A stretch of 64,000 bases of DNA from assembly GCA_012295275.1 (NCBI GenBank), contig CM022678.1, positions 14,012,001 to 14,076,000 on the forward strand. The letters are read 5' to 3'. The DNA comes from Chrysomallon squamiferum (Eukaryota; Animalia; Mollusca). The position numbers and the translations under genes are program-made. Below, one piece after another: positions 57,869 to 64,000 of this stretch; within the stretch, counting starts at the first letter, position 1; each line of letters begins with the position of its first letter. The notes below the pieces were generated by a model. That model did no database searches and was not told where the DNA came from. It worked only from the letters and a program-made list of their open reading frames with translations.

Positions 57869-57970
57869 TCACTGCTGAATCTTTTTTACATAATTCTGTT
57901 CTCGAGCCATTTGACAGACAACACACGGACAACAGCACAAAACCATGAGACAGTCATCCATTATAGACCC
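57869..57970 (-). CDS. PLAC8/cornifelin-family last exon: GSIMDDCLMVLCCCPCVVCQMAREQNYVKKIQQ*
   Basis: tttcag acceptor; GS..DDC....CC.PC..CQ..RE is the PLAC8 C-terminal signature. Confidence 0.93.
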   Translation of the reverse strand, partial: GSIMDDCLMVLCCCPCVVCQMAREQNYVKKIQQ

Positions 57971-58389
57971 CTGAAACACATTCTAACTATATTAATAAAC
58001 ATATGGACAACAAACAAAAAAAGCTTTATGCAGATTGCAGACTGCATAAAAGAAGACTATTTACATCATTAAATGCCATCTTCCATGCACTCTCAAATAC
58101 ATGCTATTTGTATTGTCATACTTTATTACAAACAAATTCTGGCTGATAAGAACAATTACACATTTGGTGTGAACTATTTATTTTCTATTCCAAGATTATT
58201 CAAAAACCAGTTACTTGTGCATAATTATACAAAGTGAACCTACTTATTTATTTAATTTTTAATTTTTTTTTTTTTTTGTTGGTTTATTTGTTAAATATTA
58301 TTGTTATTATTGTTATTGTTATTGTTATTATTATTATTATTATTGTTATTATTAAATATATTCAGTTATGATAACAAATGTATTAAGAC

Positions 58390-58529
58390 CTGTATGTTAT
58401 ATATAAATCTCTGTTTTGTCCTCATCACAATAGTAGCACCAGGTACACAACAAGGGACTAAACTGGATTCTTCCATTGCCACAGCAATTTGCATCTCCAA
58501 TATCATAGGACAGATTGTTCCTATAACAC
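58390..58529 (-). CDS. PLAC8-family exon: CVIGTICPMILEMQIAVAMEESSLVPCCVPGATIVMRTKQRFIYNIQ
   Basis: gaatag|...cag|gtctta, 140 nt, phase 1 to 0; RT..R..YNIQG motif. Confidence 0.92.
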
Positions 58530-58755
58530 CTATTCAAAATTAAACTGAATCAGACATGTACAATACTTGTTATAAAGAAAAAATGATATTTAAGTAAGAG
58601 AAACAAATACATGGGAACTATTGATAAATAAAATAATCAAAATATGTATTACATATGTTATCAACTTTTATTTATTTATTTATTTATTTATTTATTTCAT
58701 CCTTTCTTTGTTTATTTGTGTTTTTATTTTGATCTTGTATTTAACATTTACTCAC

Positions 58756-58834
58756 ATGAATCTGTGTCATCAAAGCAACCAAATATACCTGAGCTCCACA
58801 GCCGTTGACTCTGGGAGAAACCCAGTGACTGAGG
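58756..58834 (-). CDS. PLAC8-family exon: PQSLGFSQSQRLWSSGIFGCFDDTDS
   Basis: ctgcag|...|gtgagt, 79 nt; WSSGIFGCFDD signature. Confidence 0.93.
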
Positions 58835-58869
58835 CTGCAGCAGAGCAAAAACAAAAAATTACAAATACA

Positions 58870-58900
<31 letters not shown>

Positions 58901-59390
58901 GTTATTATTATTTATATAGCACCTTTTCCATACAAAGTAATTTGAAGGGTACTTTACAGAGTAAAGTAATAAACTAAAATATAAGATATGGACATAAAAT
59001 ATTAAAATAAATGTAAACACAATGGTGAACAAGTTAAAATGGTGGTAAAAATAAATGAGTCACATTTCAGAAAATTGTTTAAAAATAATTATTGACCAGG
59101 TTGAACATTTTGAAAGTTGAATTGTAAAACATAAGAATATATAATTAACAAAACGAATTTGAAATAAATGGGTCTTTAGTAGTGTTTTAAATGTGGTTGT
59201 TGGTTCAGCCTCCCTGATGTTACTTGGGAGTGAGTTTCATAATGTCAGTGCAGCAAAACTGAAAAATCTCTGGCCATATGTAGTTGTTCTTATTCTTGGT
59301 GTTTTTTAATCTTAATTAATTCTGTGATCATAGAGTCCAGCTTGGCCTGTACATTTTTAACATCTGCAAACAACTACCCAGTAATGCCTA
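58870..59390 (-). mobile_element. 3' fragment of an L2/CR1-type LINE in a PLAC8 intron
   Basis: PRIRTTTYGQRFFSFAA..NSLPSNIRE..FKTLLKTHLF; 3' end aaggtgctatataaat(aat)n. Confidence 0.8.
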
Positions 59391-59525
59391 AGTGTGTGTG
59401 TGTTTTGTCGTTGTTTTTCTAAAACTTTTATAATGTTCTAGGGTTTTTCTAAATTTCTGTGTATGTGTATATATGTGTACACAGAAGCAGACAATATATA
59501 AATATTTTTAAAACACAGACATACC

Positions 59526-59527
<2 letters not shown>

Positions 59528-59620
<93 letters not shown>
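59528..59620. repeat. (GA)n microsatellite
   Basis: Direct reading. Confidence 0.97.
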
Positions 59621-59622
<2 letters not shown>

Positions 59623-59636
59623 TGTCTATAACTTAC

Positions 59637-59660
59637 TTGTATGGTAACAGGAATTGGCAT
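59637..59660 (-). CDS. PLAC8-family first coding segment: MPIPVTIQ (exon starts at 59681 or 59678)
   Basis: tttcag-cag acceptor, ATG at 59660, donor caa|gtaagt, phase 0; total protein 114 aa. Confidence 0.85.
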
Positions 59661-60238
59661 AGTATTTATATTTTGCACCTGCTGAAAACAGAAAATAAAA
59701 GAACAGTAATAAATAATAATTGAAAATTAATTATTTTCTGAACATTTAAAGAATTGTCACATTATAAACTAATTTAATAAAAATATTCAAGCATACATCT
59801 TTCCATACATTACAGAACATGGAAGACTCCATCATTCTTAGCCAATTCTTGGCTGCAGTACATTGGTCAAGATTTTAAATAGTATGGAATCCTGAAAGGA
59901 ATTTCTTTAAGATGGTATTCATATTCTTACTTCAGATGTTTAGAATTAATAATCATTGGCATAGTTTTGATGGCTGAAACTTATTGGCACATAATTATAA
60001 AAGAAGAAGGAGGAGAGAAACAAAATAAAGCAGTAATAAAATAGAGGGCCCTCTCCCTCAAACAGAAAATATTCCTTTCATAATGCCTAATAACCTACAG
60101 CTTAACTATGAAAATGCAATATTCCTGCTCTGTAGTAATAAAAAAAGTTCTGGAACTGCACAAAACTATTTTTATTATGGAAAGGGCTAACTTCCATAAA
60201 TTAGGATCACTGTTAATGAGTTATTTCTTTAACTCAAA

Positions 60239-60239
<1 letters not shown>

Positions 60240-60296
<57 letters not shown>
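60240..60296. repeat. (AAT)n microsatellite
   Basis: Direct reading. Confidence 0.95.
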
Positions 60297-60298
<2 letters not shown>

Positions 60299-60479
60299 GA
60301 AACATACACAACATTAATAAATAATTACAAATAATACAAATAAATAATAATAAAAATAATCAAACGGAACAACAAATTAGAAGCAGCAATAATTGTTATG
60401 CTGGCATCCTCATTATGCCACTGTTAATGAGGTAGTACTTTAACTCAAAACAATTAATATAACGATGATGCTGATGATG

Positions 60480-60511
<32 letters not shown>

Positions 60512-61281
60512 GGAAGAAAGAAAGTAAGTGAATAAAGAACTATAAATAAGACAAATAATAATAATAATAATAATCATAAAAAGACAAACAAACAAAACAA
60601 AACAACAAACAAACCAGAACACAAAACGAAACAACTTGGAATTATATGTATTTAGGTCATTTGTTAACATCAGCAAGTAGACAACACGGACTTTGTATTC
60701 TGAAATTGTTACCCATGTTTGATAAGGTGATACAGTGGTTACATGTCACATAAAGATAAAATGAAAAAATGAATAAAAATGAATAAATCTATTTCTTCTG
60801 AGTTTGCATGCAATTTTTTATGTGTGTATGTTTGATAGAGCAGTAGCATAATTATGGCAATATGGCAGGTGCCGTGGACGTCACTAATCACTTTCGCTTA
60901 AAACTTTTCCAGTATTTTAAGCAGATTTTATGGACAAAAGTGCTTTTTCCCTCAGACGCCAAGAGAGCGAGCAGAAGCTGTTTTATAATTAAAACATCTG
61001 TTTACTCAACTGACAATGACTTCTAACAAAAACATATTAAAAAATTAATCTTATAAAATCGTACATTAACATTGAATAGGTACAAAATATGCGCATATAT
61101 ATATATATTAAAAAAGACAGACACGCGGGCACACATCTAAATACCAAAAATAATAACTGTATGCATTTTATTGGAAAGTAAATAATAATAATAATAATAA
61201 TAATAATAAAGGTTTAACTTCTTTTTTTTTTCTTTTTTTTTATATATTGCTTTTTGTTTCTGTTTTAAATCTCATGCTTAC

Positions 61282-61360
61282 CTTGTATTATAGCAATATG
61301 CTGAGTAGTGCAGAGAGAAGATAAAATGATATTCAGCTACACTCTGTTTCATAATATTTC
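61282..61360 (-). other. Candidate non-coding upstream exon of the PLAC8-family gene
   Basis: Strong donor aag|gtaagc after 61282 in a CpG-retaining zone; in-frame stop makes it UTR; 5' limit unknown. Confidence 0.45.
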
Positions 61361-61604
61361 GTATTATTGTTACACATTAAACGAGATAATTTAAATAAGA
61401 GTTTATTTTTTCTTTCTATCACATTTTAATTAAGTTATCTGTTTCAACCGTTTATTTTTCTGTAGAACACAAGTGTTATGTAATTATGTTAATCTTTTTA
61501 AATTTGCCCAAATCCCATAATGATGACAATAATGATATAATTAAAAACATAATAAAGTTAAAACCATCGTAAAAAAAAAAAAAAAAAAAAAAAAAGAAAG
61601 AAAG

Positions 61605-61637
<33 letters not shown>

Positions 61638-63232
61638 ATTGCGTCAATAAAAAATAATAATTATAACCACAACTAAAACACATTAGCAGGAAATATTTTT
61701 CAAAATAGTTGAAATGCTCTTGAACGTAATTATATTACTGAACTATGTAAAATCGCTCTATCCACATTTTCTCTAGTAGTGTAGGATCTTTTGTAATGGT
61801 AGGAAACGACAGCTTTAAGAAAAGTAGTTATATATTATAATTATATGACTACATTGAAAGACGAAATTTATGTTTCAGCTATCTACACATTTAGTGACAG
61901 TTAACATTGTGAAATATAATAAACTTACAGGATCATCATTATTATTGTTGTTTAAATTTCCATTTTTATTTAACGTCTCCTTTCTTCTTATTTATTTATT
62001 TATTTATTTACTAATTATATAATATTTAAAGTCTATTCATGTTTTGGCTAAATGATTTACGATAATCAATCACAGGCATAAAATATGTTTTACACCGGCC
62101 ATTTTAACATTGGTATGCTAATAAAAGTGTCATATGACCGTTTAACAGTCTATTATTATTATTAATGTATTAGAAATTAGAGATGATTTCTGTGAGAAAC
62201 TTTTATTTGTTATTAAACGGATCAACATTTTTTAAGAATACGCAATTATACCATCATCAAAGAAAGTATTCGTATATGTGATGTTTCATTTGGAACATGA
62301 ATATCTGCTGCTGATTAGAAATACCCGTTTCAGTATTTGATGTTTCAGCGGTCGAGTATATATAATATAATAAATTAATAATAATATTGATATACTATAC
62401 TCTAATTGTATGTACAATATCTTTTCATCGTTGTTTATAATATATGAATTGATGTTAATACTTTGGAAATTAAGATAATGTTTTAGAGAAATGTTTCATC
62501 GTTGCAAAGTGTTCGCAGTCAGCCTCAAACTCACTTATAAACATAACTACGATAACAAATTGAAACAGAAAATAGAATCTTATTTGTTAAAAAAAAAATA
62601 AAAAAATAAAAAAATAACAATAATAATAATAATATATATTTTAAAACTTTTTTATCTTTTTTTTTTTTTTTCATTCTTGAAGACAAATGAAAGCGATACA
62701 GCAGCTATTAGAGCAGATATTTCATATTTAACAAAATAATACTAAATAAAAATAAGTTCCAAAAATCCAGATACATTCATTAATTCATTCTAAAGTATAT
62801 ATATATATATATTGTTGTTGTTGTTTAATAATAATAGAGGAAAAACTAGATCAGATTTATGTTAATGTAATACTTTGTACTATAAAAACTAATAAATTTA
62901 TCTTCTGATCATTTTTATTTTTTGCTTTCAGAAATGAAAAAATCTGAAGATCTACCTCATAGTTGAATTGAAGAAACAAAAATCTACATGAATATTTAAA
63001 TTATTTCAGTTACTTGCTTCTTTTTATGCTGCAAATTTTTATGCCACTTTTGAAAGGAAGTATTAATGAAACATTATTCAAATATTTTCAAGGCATAATC
63101 TTTTTAAAATTTCTCAAAAACAATTTTTGTGTGACCAGAGTTTTTTGATTCACAAGAGAATTCATTCTTGAAAGCCTTCAGATGTGAGCTTTGTGAAGTT
63201 ATTTCTCACTTCACTTTAATTTGAAAATTAAA

Positions 63233-64000
63233 ATGAGAATGATAGACTTGTGCAAAATGCTTCACACAGAATCAGAACCTAACTCACATAAATTTGAGAA
63301 ACAAAATGAGGAACCAAAAGATCACATAACAATTGATTCTGGTGAACTGATTACACAAAGTGTAGATTTAACTAATAACACTGGATTACACATTGATGAC
63401 AAACCTTTTAAATGTGATATTTGTACCAAATGCTTTTCATATCGTCAGAGTCTGAAACGACATATGACAGTACATACAGGTGAGAAACCATTTCACTGTG
63501 AGGTTTGTCCTAAATCATTTTCAGAAGGTTGGGAACTTAGAGGTCATATGAGAATTCACACTGGAGAAAAACCTTTTAAATGTGAGATCTGTGACAAACG
63601 CTTTTCACACCATCAAAGTTTGGTTTTTCATATAAGAATTCATTCTCGCAAATTTAAATGTGAGATTTGTGAAATCTCCTTTTCACAGAATAGGGAGTTT
63701 AAAAGTCATATGAGAATCCACACTGGAGAAAAACCTTACAAATGTGAAGTTTGTGAAGAATCATTTTCAGAAAGTGGGGAACTGCAAATTCACATGAAAA
63801 TTCACACAGGAGAGAAACCTTTTGAATGTGGTGTCTGTGCAAAATGTTTTCCACTTAAGGTTTTACTCAAAACGCACATGAAAGTTCACACTGGTGAGAA
63901 ACCTTTTCAGTGTGGTATATGTGGACGATGCTTTTTACAAAAAATGTCCCTGAAAAGACATATGACAATACACACTGAAGAGAAACCTTTTAAATGTGAG
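63233..64000 (+). CDS. C2H2 zinc-finger protein, 7 complete fingers plus the start of an 8th; ORF runs off the window
   Basis: Open 256-codon frame from ATG 63233; repeated CxxC-x12-HxxxH with HTGEKPF linkers; acceptor ttttgctttcag at ~62931. Confidence 0.92.
   Translation, partial: MRMIDLCKMLHTESEPNSHKFEKQNEEPKDHITIDSGELITQSVDLTNNTGLHIDDKPFKCDICTKCFSYRQSLKRHMTVHTGEKPFHCEVCPKSFSEGWELRGHMRIHTGEKPFKCEICDKRFSHHQSLVFHIRIHSRKFKCEICEISFSQNREFKSHMRIHTGEKPYKCEVCEESFSESGELQIHMKIHTGEKPFECGVCAKCFPLKVLLKTHMKVHTGEKPFQCGICGRCFLQKMSLKRHMTIHTEEKPFKCE

Overview
AT-rich metazoan genomic DNA (inferred lophotrochozoan, probably mollusc, from TE content, TTAGGG-like repeats and zinc-finger style). Four spliced genes can be built by hand. 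(1) A minus-strand ASAP-family ArfGAP (BAR-PH-ArfGAP-ankyrin-Pro-rich) with 24 phase-consistent coding exons from ATG 45385 down to 847; the 3' end with the SH3 domain lies beyond position 1. (2) A divergent plus-strand gene with a tandemly duplicated 5'UTR exon and a 62-aa single-transmembrane microprotein (54140-54328) resembling SMIM4/UQCC5 (Sloth1). (3) A minus-strand 114-aa PLAC8/cornifelin-family gene (57869-59660) that the ORF track misses. (4) A plus-strand C2H2 zinc-finger ORF running off the right end. Introns and spacers hold a full-length decayed L1/Tx1 LINE with TSD, two hATs (a young Buster-type with a perfect 8-bp TSD and a ZNF862-like one with an apparent 5-6-bp TSD), plus Tigger, Tc1, MULE, RNase-H LINE, L2/CR1 and MITE remnants. 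Best leads are the microprotein, candidate ASAP microexons with strand-biased UGCAUG clustering, the short-TSD hAT and a mosaic CpG landscape. Nothing here is provably a new system from sequence alone; all homology calls are from motif recognition, not database searches.
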